Shown here: positions 1 to 24,424 of the stretch, in pieces
Layout of the letters: the number at the start of each line of letters is the position of its first letter
Position numbering within the stretch: the stretch's first letter is position 1
Assembly (NCBI RefSeq): GCF_009914755.1
Contig: NC_060946.1
Strand: one strand, 5' to 3'
DNA from: the human T2T-CHM13v2.0 reference genome, Homo sapiens
DNA: 64,000 nt
Position numbers and translations under genes: made by a program
The notes under the pieces: model-generated
What the model was told of the DNA's origin: nothing
Seen by the model: only the letters and a program-made list of their open reading frames with translations
Databases searched by the model: none

Positions 1-2059
1 AATCTTCACAGGGGCTGCTCCTCTTCCTGCGGTACTGCCCGCACCCCATCCTTGGGGGCCCAGTTCAGGTGACACCACTTCAGGAAGTTCCCAGTGACCC
101 AGCACACTGGGTGTAGCACCCAGGGGCAGTGGTGGCCCCAGGCCTAGCAGCCTGCTCTGGCCTTCAGACAGGAGAGACAAAGGGACACGGAGGGGCTGTG
201 CCCTGCCCTCCCACCAGTGGCGATGGTGTCCCTGGCACCCCAGCCCCCAGGCCACCCTCCGGAAGCCAACTTGGAGTTTCCTGGCCAGGAGGAAGAGCCC
301 CCATCCTTGCTGGAGGAGGGAGGCGCGGGATTTCCGGGCATTCTTCTGCACAATGGCCCAGCCATTTCTCGAAAGGTCCACTGGTGTGGACACTCCGGGC
401 CCCCTGAGGCTCAGGTGGGGGCACGCGGCTCCAAAACCCACAGCCCCATGGGGGCACCAGCCCCTTTCTAGTAGTTCTTTCCCCAGTCTCTCTCGGCCCC
501 TTTGTTTCCAGTAAAGTTTGAACTCCAGGCCCTGGACTGAGGCCACTGGGTGCCCAGTTCTTTTATCTGGTCTGTGCTCAGTTCCATTGGACAGGGCCCT
601 CCATAGAAAAAGTATGGCACTGAGGCTGGTCACAGATGTGGGAGGTTTGATGACTTTCTCCCTCCTGGGGCCCGGTTCCCTTCTCCCCCTTCAGATGGCT
701 CTGAGATGGTAAATGAGATAAGGCCAGCGTCTGGCTCACCTAGTGTGGGGAGGTTCTGAAGGCAAGTGTGCCCAGCCCTGAGGCTGGAAGGAAATCATAC
801 CCTCTTTGCTCAGCCCCACGTGGCCTCTCCCCACCAGGTATGGCTCTGAGGACCACTGCCTTCTCCCAGCTATCACTTTAGTCACTGCCTTCCTCCTGCT
901 GCAGACCCATGGGCCATGCCCCTTCCTCTACAGACCCTCCTGGACATCTCCTCCTCTGTGTACTCCAGGGGTACAGCTGACCCACCCACCCTCTCACTCT
1001 TACTACCCCCTAACCCAAGCCCAGGGAACTTCCCCAGATCCCCCTACTCCCAGCCCTTCCATGCCACCATCTTCCTGGGATGACTGCTGCGGCCTCCTCA
1101 GGTCATCAGGGACCTGCCCTTGCCCAGCTAGGCCACCCACCCCACCAGGCCCCTCTCCTGGGCCTCACCCTACCTAAGACCCTCCATGGCTCATATTGCC
1201 CATGGACGAAGAGCCGACTCCCAGAGCAGCTGGATTGATGTGTACCTGCATGCGCTAGGACTGGCCAGTCCAGCCACCAGTCTTGGTGCGGCCCTGAGCA
1301 CACACTCTGCCCCAGGAGACTTACCTGCCTATGGGCCTCACATGGGCCGTCTCTTACCTTGGCCTCTTCTGCCCGCAGCGTGTATCTGTCAGGTTGGGTC
1401 CTGCTCATCTTCTAAGATGTGTTGCCGAGGTCATTTCCAGGAACACCTTGCTGCACCGTCCCCCAGCATTGCTTTTAGAAGCTTGAGCTGGACCTGTCCT
1501 TTTGCTTGCCGACTTTCCCACCTAGTATCCAGGAATAACCTCCACAGGGTGGCTGTCTTCATGCGTCTGTCCTGCACAGGAGGCTGCCTGTTGCCCTCTA
1601 GCCAGCTTGGAGCTGCAGCCAGCCCAAGGCTCTCCCTTCTCACCTGGCTGCCTGTTTTTCTTCTCTCCTAGCTGTCACCCTAGGGTGGCCCCAGCAAGCT
1701 CATGTTTCTTTGGTGGCAGCCTCACAGCATCTCAGGGACGTGGCAGAGGAGTCTCAGGCTTCACCTTTCACAATCTGGTTTCTACCCTGACCCCACTATG
1801 TTGGTCGAGGCCCCAGGCTGCAGTGGAACAATGCCAATGCAGAGAGGCCCAGAGAGGGCCGCAGGGGCTGACGCCACCCCAGACAAACCCACCTCAGATG
1901 GAGGCTGGCCTCTGAGTAGCCCAGGCCAGACTCCGGAGGGGCATGAGGGTGCACCCACCTTTCCTGCCACTCATGGAGGGTCTGCTCACCTACTTCGTGG
2001 CAAGCACTGTCTCTAGGCAGAGCACACAGCACAAGAAGCTCCTGCCCAGAAGGAGCTGA

Positions 2060-2240
2060 CAGGAACCTATCAACCAAGAACTGGGCAGGAAAGACAGTGG
2101 TGAAGGCCTCTCTGAAGAGGTGACATTTCACAGGGATCCGGGGAAGAAGTTCCAGGCAGAGCAGAAGCAATAGCCAGTGCAAGATCCCAGAGGTGGGAAG
2201 GGGCTCGGCGTCCAAGGGGCAGAAGCGGCCTTGTGTCCAC
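2060..2240 (+). mobile_element. L2-like fragment
   Basis: GAAGGCCTCTCTGAAGAGGTGACATTT...TTCCAGGCAGAG...AGCCAGTGCAAGATCCCAGAGGTGGGAAG resembles the L2 3' region. Confidence 0.55.
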
Positions 2241-3261
2241 AGTGCCACAGTGGTCCAGGGCCTGCAGGTGGAGATCGGAGGTGTCCTGGTTAGGCAGGGA
2301 CACAAACCCCTGATCTCTGGTAAAGGGCCCTTGGGGCAGAGCACTGGCCAAGGCCACCTGCTCACCCCCAGCCATTGTTCTGCTTTCCCAGGGGAAGAAT
2401 GGCAGGATCTCATTAATTGTGTGTGAGAAGAGCCTGAGTCTGCAGAAAAGCCAAGTTTATCTTGAGCAGCTGCTGGCTGACCCTGCCCCAGGGTAATCCC
2501 GTGACCTTCCAAGGATAAGCTAAATTTAGGCTCAAGATTCCTGGGGATTTGGGTTTGGGAAACTCCTAGTTAACAGATTTGATTTCAGGGGAAGTGAAGA
2601 ACAGCGTTTCTTCTATCTTTCAGTTTTGAAACAGTTAAGGATGTGTCCTTCTATTTCCGCAAATGTTTGCAGAGCCTCCAAGCACAGTGTGGCCTGGTGC
2701 TCTTTCTTGACACAAGCCAGTACTCCTGCAGGCCGAGAGCAGCAGCTGGGGTCCTCCTGCATCCCTGACCACTGCACCAGGTGCCCGAGGCACCCTGTGT
2801 GGGGCCCCTGGGCGGCTGTGACGATGTGAGCAGCATCCAGAGTGGACAGTGCCAGACTCGGCGGTTTTGCGGGCATTGTTGTTACTCTTTGTGGTTAAAC
2901 ACAGGCATGGAGTCAGATTCGCTCCCGCAAGCAAGAAACTTTCTGGACTAGTGAGGTGGCCTCTCTGCCTTAGTTCCTCACTGGTAACGAAGCCCCCCAA
3001 TGGTGGAGGCTGCGAGGCTGCAGGGGAGGCCGATGCCAGTCCCGGTTCTCTTCTGCCTTTCCTGAGTGCCATCCACCCAGGCTCCCAGGGCCTTCACAGC
3101 TCATCCAACCTCAGCCGCACCCCTCAGGGTAGTCATCGCTGGCTGTTAGTCAGAATTGGAGGTCACTGTGGCTTTAACTTCCCCAGCGGGTGAGGGAGTG
3201 GGGGGCAGGGAGCTCTGGTGTGATCCACGAAGGGTCAAGGGTTCTATAGAATGGCAAGCCA

Positions 3262-3566
<305 letters not shown>

Positions 3567-3628
3567 TCATAAACCAAATTTCGTAAAACTGGTGCTAAAG
3601 AGAAAGTCTTAAAAGCATGGAGAGGAAA

Positions 3629-3932
3629 GGCCGGGCGCAGTGGCTCAGGCCTGTAATCCCAGCACTTTGGGAGGCCGAGGCGGGCGGATCACCTCAGGTC
3701 AGGAGTTCGAGACCAGCCTGACCAACATGGAGAAACCCCGTCTCTACTAAAAACACAAAAAATCAGCCGGGGGCTTGGTGGCAGGCGCCTGTAATCCCAC
3801 CTACTCAGGAGGCTGAGGCAGGAGAATGGCGTGAACCCAGGAGGCGGAGCTTGGAGTGAGCCGAGATTGTGTCACTGCACTCCAACCTGGGCAACAGAGT
3901 GAGACTCCGTCTAAAAAACAAAACAAAAAAAA
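3629..3932 (+). mobile_element. Alu with Sp-like left arm and Y-like right arm
   Basis: Perfect 18-bp TSD AAAAGCATGGAGAGGAAA on both sides; full dimer. Confidence 0.95.
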
Positions 3933-4070
3933 GCATGGAGAGGAAAAAGACACATTGTGTGCAGAGGAATCAAGAAGAAGGAGATTTCTTGTTGGAAACA
4001 GTGCAAGCAAGAAGATAGTGTAGCAATATCTTTAAAGTACTGCAAGAAAAAAATCCCTGTAACCTAAAAT

Positions 4071-4392
4071 TCTTTTTCTTTTTTCTTTTTAGACCGGGTT
4101 TCACTTTGTCATCGAGGCTGCAGTGCAGCGGCACAAACATGGTTCACTGCAGCCTCAGCCTCCGGGTTCAAGGGATCCTCCCGCTTCAGCCGCCCAAGCA
4201 CCCAAATAGCTAGGACTACAGGCGTGCGCCACCACACCCGGCTAATTTATTTTATTTTATTTTTGTTTTTTAAATTTTTTGTAGCGATGGGGTTTCACCA
4301 TGTTGTGCAGGCTGGTCTCAAACTCCTGAGCTCAAGTGATCCATTTGCCAATCCCAGTGCTCGGATTACAGCGTGAGCCACCACGCCCAGCC
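4071..4392 (-). mobile_element. AluJ
   Basis: Reverse Alu with J-type features; degenerate TSD TAACCTAAA(A)TTC. Confidence 0.9.
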
Positions 4393-4484
4393 TTAACCTA
4401 AATTCTATACTCACCAAAAATGTATTCCAAAAATGAAGGCAATACCACATCCATGGATGAGCCTGAAAAAAATAAATGAAGGCA

Positions 4485-4791
<307 letters not shown>

Positions 4792-4944
4792 TTAAATAAA
4801 GACAAAATAGACTTCTGCTTCCTAGAAGACAGATAAACATATGTTTCCCTATTCCTTCCACAAAAAAACCCTAAATGTTATAAATAAAGCAAACATAAGA
4901 AGATGCTAAGTGTTACAAAGAAGGCAGACAAGCTAGAGACTTAG

Positions 4945-5301
<357 letters not shown>

Positions 5302-6130
5302 TCCTGGGTTATCTTTTTGACTCATGTATCCCAGACTGCATACAGAGGAGCTGGCCACCCAGAAACACCAATGGGTACAGGCAAAAAATAAGTCCCAAGC
5401 AAAGCCGGTTCTGTCTAGCCAAAAGATCAGGACAAAGACAGACTAACAAGACAAAAATATTTTAGACAATAACCACTCTACTCAAGCTATACTACTACAG
5501 AAAAAAACTGTGGCCCCAACCCTGCCCTCAATAGCAAAGACCAGTGGGGAGCTTAGACTCCTACCCTTGCCAGGCTGTAATGAGATGCTCCAGCCTCCTA
5601 CTGGGGTGTCAGAGGAGGCCAAGGAAGACTTGGGTGGAAATAGGTCCCCCTCCCTGACCACAGTGTCAGTGGAGACCACATGGGGAGCCTGGACTTCCAC
5701 TCCTAATGTGGTAATAAGGGCGCCCTCCAGGTCCTCACTATGGTACTGTCAGAGGAACCTAGCAGAGGGTAAGGACATTCTTCATTTTCCAGAGGTGATG
5801 AGGCTCTCCCTGCCCACACATGGTGCCAGTGGAGGCCACGTGGGGATCAGCAGCAGGCATTCCTCCCATCCATGCCTGGGGTATCACAAGAGGCCGAGTG
5901 GGGAGCAGGAACTCCCAGCCCCACCCAGCAGTCACAAGGATCCCCGTGGCCCCAGGTGTCAATGGAGGTAGGGTGGAGAACCTGGACTTCCACTTCTGCC
6001 TGGCAGTAAAGTGTCCCCTGTCATTGCCAGAATGGTGTCAGAGGAAGCTTGCTAAAATACAAGATTTAAATAAGATCCACAGTCTTGTAATAACCAAATT
6101 ATCCAAGTTTTGATTGAAAATAAGTCATCA

Positions 6131-6437
<307 letters not shown>

Positions 6438-6478
6438 AAGTCATCATACCAAGTATCAGTAAGATATTAAACTAAATT

Positions 6479-6780
6479 GGCCAGGTACAATGGCTCATGC
6501 CTGTAATCCCAGCACTTTGGGAGGCTGTGGGCAGATCGCTTGAGGTCAGGTGTTCGAGACCAGCCTGGCCAATATGGTGAAACCCTGTCTCTACAAAAAA
6601 TTAGCCAGGCTTGGTGGTGCACCCCTGTAGTCCCAGCTACTCCAGAGGCTGAGGCATGAGATTAGCTTGAGCCTGGGAGGCGGAGGTTGCCGTGAGCTGA
6701 GATCGTGCTACTGCACTCCTCCTGGGCAACAGAGCAAGACCCCGCCTCAAAAAAAAAAAAAAAGAAAGAAAGAAAGAAAA
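6479..6780 (+). mobile_element. AluS
   Basis: Full dimer, tail decays to (GAAA)n. Confidence 0.92.
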
Positions 6781-6939
6781 TCGACAAAGATGGCAATGTC
6801 ACAGATGTGAGAATTACTTCATATTTCAAAGCAGAAATGATAAAAATGCTTCAGTGAGCAATTACAGATATGCTTGAAACAAATGAAAATATAGAAAGTC
6901 TTACAAAGAAATAAGAACCACATAGAAATTTTAGAACTA

Positions 6940-7240
<301 letters not shown>

Positions 7241-7260
7241 TTAGAACTAAAATACAGTAA

Positions 7261-7585
<325 letters not shown>

Positions 7586-7674
7586 TCATTGGATATCAGC
7601 TGGACAGCAACATGGAAGGGACATAGGAAACTATTGGTGAATTGGAAGCTAGAACAGTGCAATTTTCCCATCTG

Positions 7675-7802
7675 GGCCAGCCACAGTGGCTCACACCTGT
7701 AATCCTAGCAGTTTGGGAGGCTGAGGCAGGAGGATTGCTTGAGGCCAGGAGTTAAAGACCAACTGGCCAACACAGTGAGACGTGTCTCTATTAAAAACAA
7801 AA
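7675..7802 (+). mobile_element. FLAM/Alu left monomer
   Basis: Single left arm; TSD CAATT(T/A)TCCCATCTG. Confidence 0.85.
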
Positions 7803-8140
7803 TTTTAACCCAATTATCCCATCTGAACAAGAGAGAGAAAATCACTGAAAAAATAAGAATAAACAAAGGCTCAGAAAATGTGAGATCATAACAAAAGACC
7901 TAACATCCATGTCATGAGAGTGCCAAAAGGAGAGGAGAAAGGGGGTGGGGTTAACAAAGCATTCAAAGAAATAATAGCTGGAAATTTCCTGAATTTAGCA
8001 AAAAGAAAAAGAGAGAGAAAAAAACCCTACAGATTCAAGAAGTTAAGTGAGGCCGGGTGCGGTGGTTCACACCTTTGGGGGCCAAGATGGGTGGACCGCT
8101 TGAGCCCAGGAGTTCAAGACCAACCTGGGCAACACAGTGA

Positions 8141-8527
<387 letters not shown>

Positions 8528-9059
8528 TAATTGAACTTCTGAAACCTAAAGACAATGCAGCTAGACAGAAAAATGACACCTCACCTATTGGAGAAGAAAA
8601 TGAATCAAATGACAGAGAATTTCTCTTCAGAAACCAGGGAGACCAGAAGAAAGTAGCACATTTTTTAAGTGCTGAAAGAAAAAAAAAAAAATCTCAATCC
8701 AGAATTCTATGTCTAGTGAGCATATTATTCAAGAATGAAGGGGGAAAATTTTTTTTTCAAGTGAAGGAAAATGAAGAGAATTTATTGCCAGCAATATATG
8801 CTGAAAGAATGCTAAAGGATGTTCCTTAAACAGAAAGGAAATGGTAAAATAAGAGTCTTGGAACATCAGGAAGGAAGAAAGAACATGATAAGCAAAATAC
8901 TGGTAAATATTAATACAATAGATTTTCTTCCTCCTCTTGAGTTTCCTAAATTATGTTTGATGGCTGAAGCAAAAATTATTACACTGCCTTAAGTGGTTCT
9001 CAATGTATGTAGAGGAAATATCTAAGATATATAATTATATTATAAATGGGGGAGGGTAA

Positions 9060-9728
<669 letters not shown>

Positions 9729-9855
9729 ACCGGGAGATAAGGTTTTTTACACTTCATTCCAACTGGTAAAATGTTGACACCTGGAGACTTTGATTATATA
9801 ATATAAATTTTATATATATTTATCCTACAGCAACCACTAAAAAGCTATACAAAGG

Positions 9856-11197
<1,342 letters not shown>

Positions 11198-11321
11198 GTA
11201 TATTTAAAAAGAGGTAGAGCTATATGCACTGACCTGGACATATCTCTAACAGATCTTATTTAGGGAAAAAAATCATTCAAGTTTATCACATTACATATAC
11301 AATGATACTGTGTAAACTTAA

Positions 11322-11978
<657 letters not shown>

Positions 11979-12351
11979 CCCAACTATGTACTTTTATGTT
12001 TATTTTTATGAATACAAATGGACAGATAAAAGTCTAAGGCATAGATGCCAAATTGATATCTATTATTGCCTATGTGTAGGAGACTCTGGGATTTACTGGG
12101 GGAGACATCAGGGATTTTTTACTTTCTTTGTATTCTGTACTTTTTCTATATTTCACGACTTTCTATATTGTTTGAAAGTTTACAACATAAATGTATTTAC
12201 ATCTTACCTACAAAATTATTATTTCTTTAATGAACAGTTGTAGCTTATATATAATTCCTTCAGAATAAATAAATAAAAGAAAGGAAGAACACGGGGGAAA
12301 AGCTATACAAAGAGACACACTCAAAAACACTGTAGATAACTCAAAATGTAA

Positions 12352-12654
<303 letters not shown>

Positions 12655-12771
12655 TCAAAATGTAATTTTAAGGAATATTCAAGTAAGCCACAGGAAAGCA
12701 GGGAAAAGTAAAGAGAAATGAACAAAAAGAGACACAACAAACAAAAAAATAAAAATAAAATAGCACTCTTG

Positions 12772-13160
12772 GGCCAGGCGCGGTGGTTCATGCCTATAAT
12801 CTGAGCACTTTGGGAGGTGGAGGCGGGCAGATTACTTGAGGCCAGGAGTTTGAGACCAGCCTGGCCAACATTGCAAAACCCCATCTCTACTAAACATACA
12901 AAAACTAGCCAGTCATGGTGGTGCCCACCTGTAATCCCAGCTACTGGGGTGCCTGAGGCATGAGAATCGCTTGAACCCAGGAGGCCAAGAGGCAGAGGTT
13001 GCAGTGAGCTGAGATCACACCACTGCACTTCAGCCTGTGACAGAGCAAGCAAGTAGGCAGGCAGGCAGAGAGAAAGGAAGAAAAGAAGGAGAGACGGAGA
13101 GAGGGAGGGTGGAGGGGGGAGGGAAGGAGGAAGGAGGGAAGGAAGGAAGGAAGGAAGGAA
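12772..13160 (+). mobile_element. AluS followed by purine-rich (GGAA/GGAG)n tract
   Basis: Alu dimer to ~13050, then a low-complexity purine run. Confidence 0.88.
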
Positions 13161-13668
13161 TAATTACTAGAACAAAGACATTACATAATGATGAAAGGGT
13201 CAATTCACCAAGAAGACACAGCAATTCTAAATATATAGGCACCAAACAACAGAGCTTCAAAATATGTGAGGCAAAACTGATAAAACTAAATGGAGATATA
13301 GATAAATGAACAATTGTAGTTGAAGCTTCAACATTTCTCTCTCAAAAATTGATAGAAAAAGTAGACAGAAAATCAACAAGAAGACAGAATCTCAAACACC
13401 ATCAACTAACAGGATTTACTCCACATTTACAGAGCACTACCTAACAGCAGTGGATACACATTCTTTTCTAGTGCCCACAGAACCAACCATATCTTGGGCC
13501 GTAAAGAAACCTCAAAATCAATGAAACCAAAAGTTGGTTCTTTGAAAAGTTCAACAAAATTGACAAATCTTCAGCTAGATTGACCTAAAAAGAGGGAGGA
13601 AACCCAAATTACCTAAATCCGGAATGAAAGAAGAGATATCACTTGTGGGCTTACACAAATAAGAGTGA

Positions 13669-13992
<324 letters not shown>

Positions 13993-14086
13993 AAAATAGT
14001 GATTTTAGAGGAATACTATGAACAGTTGTATGCCAACAAATTAGTTAACCTAGATGAAATTGACCAATTCTTAGAAACATAGACTA

Positions 14087-14341
<255 letters not shown>

Positions 14342-14415
14342 CACAAGCAAATATAACAAACAAACGGATTGAGTTAGGAAAAAGAAAAAAAAAAATCCAA
14401 CAAAGAAAAGTCTAG

Positions 14416-14851
<436 letters not shown>

Positions 14852-15781
14852 TGACACCAAAAGTAAAGCAAAAAAAAAGAAGAAGAAGAAAGGAAAAAGA
14901 GAGAGGAAACTACAGACCAATATTCCACATGAATATAGATGCAAACATTCTTAACATTTTATAAAATAAATTCAGCCGTATATAAAAATAATTATACACC
15001 ATGATCAAGTGGGATTTATTCCTAGAATACAAGCTTGGTTCAACTTCCAAAGATCAATCAATGTATACCAATGTAAGCTAAAGAAGAAAAATCACATGAT
15101 TATATTAATTGACACAAAAGAAGCATTTGATGAAATTCAACACCCATTCATGATAAAAGCTGCTGGTAACCAGTAATAGAAACTTCCTCAACTTGATAAA
15201 CAGTGTCTACAAAAAACCTACAGCTAAAAATTATACTTAATAGTGGAAAGCTGAATACTTTTCTGTGAAAATTAGGGACAAGGCAAAAATTCTGCCTTCA
15301 CTACTCTTACTCAGTATAGTGCTGGAAGTTCCAGACATCACAGAAAGGGGAGAAAAGGAAAGAGATAGAGATCAGAAAGGAAAAACCAAAGCTGCTTCTA
15401 TTTGCAGATGACATAAATCAATTCCCATGGAATCTTTTAAAAAGCCTTAGAACCAACAAATGAGTTTAGCAAGATACAAGGATTCAAGATCAACATACAA
15501 AAATCAATTGCTATTTCTATGTTCTAGCAATGAGCACATGAAAACCAAAATAAAAAATAATATCATTTGCAATCACTCAAAAAATGAACTAGGTGTAAAT
15601 CTAACCAAATATGGGTTTGTATGGATAAGGACTTGTATGCTGAAAACTACAAAACCCTGGTGAAAGAAATCAAAGAAGATGTAAATAAATAGAGAGGTAT
15701 GGCCTGTTAATGGACTGGAAAACTCAACATGGTGAAGATGTGAATAGTTCGATTCCTTTCAAAATTCTAGAAAGATTTCTT

Positions 15782-16093
<312 letters not shown>

Positions 16094-16349
16094 TTATAGA
16101 TATAGGCAAGATTATTCTAAAATTTATAAGAAAAAGCAAAAGAATTAAAATAGTTAAAACAATTCCAAAAAAGAAGAATAAAGTGGGAAGAGTCACTCTA
16201 CCAAATTTCAAGATTTGTATAGACTGTTTGGCATTGGTGAAGGGATAGATACATTTTGTTCAATGAAACAGCCTAGAGAACCCAGAAACAGCCCCATGCA
16301 AGTATAGCTGGCTGATTTTTGACAAGCATGTACAAGCAATTCAATGATA

Positions 16350-16720
16350 CAAAGGAATCGAAACCAGGAACTCAAACAGACATTTGTACCTCAGTGTTCA
16401 TAGCAGCATCATTCACAACACCCCAAAGGTGGAAAAACCCAAATATCCATCAGTGAATAGCAAGATAAACAAATAACCAAACCTAAAAGTGGCATATCCA
16501 TACAATGGAACTTTATTCAGCCTTAAAAAGAAAGAAGATTCCAGTACATGCCACAACATAGATGAACCTTAAAGACATGATACCAGGTGAAATAAACCAA
16601 ACGCAAAAGGACAAATACCGTATGATTCCACTGACATGAGGGAGAGGCCTGGAGTAGTCAAATTCATGGAGACAGAAAGTGGAATGGGGATTGCCGGGGT
16701 GGGGGCGTGGGACAGAGTGC
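16350..16720 (+). mobile_element. L1MB-like 3' fragment
   Basis: GAACTCAAACAGACATTTGTAC...CAAAAGGACAAATAC...GTAGTCAAATTCAT. Confidence 0.75.
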
Positions 16721-16724
16721 AAAA

Positions 16725-18670
<1,946 letters not shown>

Positions 18671-19911
18671 ACGTGTGTGTCTTTTATTCCCTGCTTTCCC
18701 TTCTGCCTGTTTGGCACTTATAACTACTGTGCCTATTTCATGGATGCCCTCCAAAGTTAATATCTGAGGTTAATGTTTTTCCCTCCTCCCATTCCAATGG
18801 GTATTCTCCCAATACCAGAGCCTTAGCATGTATCACCTGCTACCAGCTCACATGCCATTGTTGCCCAGCGCACGTGCTGGGTGTACTGGTGTGCAGAGTC
18901 CAACGGGAGGGCTGGGAGAAGGCCCCCGACCTCCCTGCCCTCTCAGACTGTGGCCGCACCCAGCTTGCCAGACGGAGAGCCCAGGAGCAGGAAGCTGGTG
19001 TAAACACAGGGCGGGCACCCACACTGTTCCCAGGAGCCAGTCCTTAGATCCTATCTGGCTCTCACCCTGCCTTTGTCAAGCCCTCAGGACTTGGCACCCA
19101 GGTCTGATCTGGGTGGGCGTTTGTCCAAACAAGAAGTGAGCCAGAGCTGGACATCCAGGACCAGACCATACCACACAGAGGGCATGGGGACACTCTCCCA
19201 GGGCCTGCAGCCCTTCCCGGGGCTGCTCTTGGCAGCCCAGGCACCCTGGAGGATATGCAGTGCCTCTCTGCCCACCCACACCCCTCTGGGGCTGGCAGGG
19301 CCTGGAGTGTGCGTGGGCATGCAGACGCATACACATCTAGCCCTTGGCTCTCCTCATTGGACCCCTTCAGACACTCCTTTCTCTTCACACTTTTACGGAA
19401 AAGGCACAAGTGGGGATGTCCTGCCCTGTGACTGGCCTTGGCTGGCCTGGCCCCTGTAGCACACGCTGGTGGAAGGAATGTCCACAGTGCAGAAGGCGCT
19501 GCTGCAGACCGTGGGCTCACCCGTTCTCATTCCACCTGCAGGTGGACCAAGCCTGGGGTGGCGGGGACAGGCCCCACAGACTGAAGTGACAGGGGATGGA
19601 GAAGGGCTGGGGACAGAGGGGACACAGCCACCTACCTGGCAAGCTAAGAGGTCGGGAAGAGTAGCTGCCACTTACATGGGTTTAGACAAACAAACAGGAG
19701 TTCACCAGGGTGAAGGGAAACGGGAGACCTGGCTAAAAGCAGGAAAAAGTACCAGCATGGGAGCGGGGGCAACAGCAGAACCCCAGGGAGGGTCAGATGG
19801 GGTGCAGCGCCGGGAGGCCAGCCAGTTCCCTGGAAGAGAGTTTGCAGGACTAAAGCCTAGAGCCTAGATTGCTGCAAAGTTTCCCAGAAGCGGCTGTTGA
19901 ACAATAGTCAC

Positions 19912-20242
<331 letters not shown>

Positions 20243-21384
20243 CTAGCTGGGAGGAAAGGTGAAATATGTTTTAGCTGGGTGGCCACGACTAGTGAAACAT
20301 GAGGCCTGTATTTTTGCTGGGGCAGTGAGCATCCTTGGCCACATGCTGGGCTCCAGGGGGACGGCCAGGGGCATTGGCCAGGGAAGGAGCCCAGGAGAGC
20401 AAACAGAACCTGCATACTCACTCCCCTCCCTCCCAGTCCCATTTAATCTAACTGTGAAGACAGTGAAAACTAATAAGCCCACAGTAAGAGGGGAAATACT
20501 CGAGACTGCCATCAGTTGACCAGAAATTTTGGAAGAGTTTGAAGAATTTTTGGGAGACAGGAAGCAGATAGGATCAGGGCATAGTTAAGGGCACCCAGGC
20601 AGAAGCCACGGCCCTGAAGGAGCCCCCGGCAAGGGCAGGGATGGCTGCAGTTGCCAGCTTTAGCCCTGAGAGCAGCTTTGTGAGGCAGGCAGAGCAGTTC
20701 CCGGGAGGGCCCACCACAGTGGTCAGAGAGGCAGCAAACTGGCTCCGCCGTGCAGCTTTGGGCGGAAAGGCAGGTCCTGCCAGGAAAGAAACCAAGCAGA
20801 GTCAGTTAAAGGAGGTCTCCTGGTGGTCCTAGAGTGTTGTGGGGGAGGTTACGAACAGGTCTTCCACACACCTGGTGGGAGTGTGAGGTGACACAACCAC
20901 TTGGAGAACAGTTCCCCAGTATCTCACAAAGCAGAACGGGTGCGTAGCCCATGAGCCAGAAAACAAGGACCCGTGTGTGCCAGAGTAGTGATACGAGAAT
21001 ATCCATGGGAGCATTGCCCTTAATCCCTTAATAGTGCTAACTAGAGTGCACACAAGTGTCCATCAACAATAGGCTGGATGAATGCACTGTGGTATATTCA
21101 CACAGTGGAATACATGCAATGCAGAGCAACACACAGCTTGTATGAATTTTATAAAGGTAACAGCGGGTGAGAGGCACAAGCCCCTGAACTGTCTACTGTA
21201 TGATTCTGTGGCAGATTGTATTTTCCAAAGATGCCACCAAATGTAGAGACATTCAAAGATATCACCCATTGGACATTCTCTTTTTCATTTTACTTTTGTA
21301 AAAATTGCGGGCGGTGGTGATGGTTGTACAACAATGTGAATATACTATTGCTACTGAACTGCATACTGAAAATGGCTAAGATGA

Positions 21385-24092
<2,708 letters not shown>

Positions 24093-24412
24093 TGCACCCT
24101 ACAAAGAAGTCTGCCCTGGGATGGGACCCCCCACATCCCACAGCCACCTCCAAACACAGGACCAGAGACCCCAGGATCAGCAGGCCAAAATGACCATAAA
24201 GGAAGCCCAAGCTTGCCACCCTGTCAACGAGGAAGTCCCAGATGGGAGATAGTAATGCGAGAACAAAGGAAAACGTAAGCAACCTTGATGATGTGAAATA
24301 ATAGTAAAGCTGATGGAAACGGGGAGGTAGAGCAGGAAGATTTCTTCATCTTGCACAGTGGGGTCCGTCATAAAATATCTACAGCAATAGAGGTCTGGGG
24401 CAGGTCCAGGCT

Positions 24413-24424
24413 CCACTAGGTGGC
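24413..24424 (+). promoter_or_regulatory. Candidate CTCF core motif
   Basis: CCACTAGGTGGC matches the CCASYAGRKGGC consensus in non-repeat DNA; binding not shown. Confidence 0.35.

Noticed and set aside
207-225. CTCF-like CCACCAGTGGCG
   Set aside because: One base short of the core spacing.
129-3193. Overlapping 60-238 aa ORFs in the GC-rich start of the window, including 2613-2876 (-)
   Set aside because: No recognisable domain, overlapping in all frames, partly L2/MIR-derived, and no consistent splice pattern.
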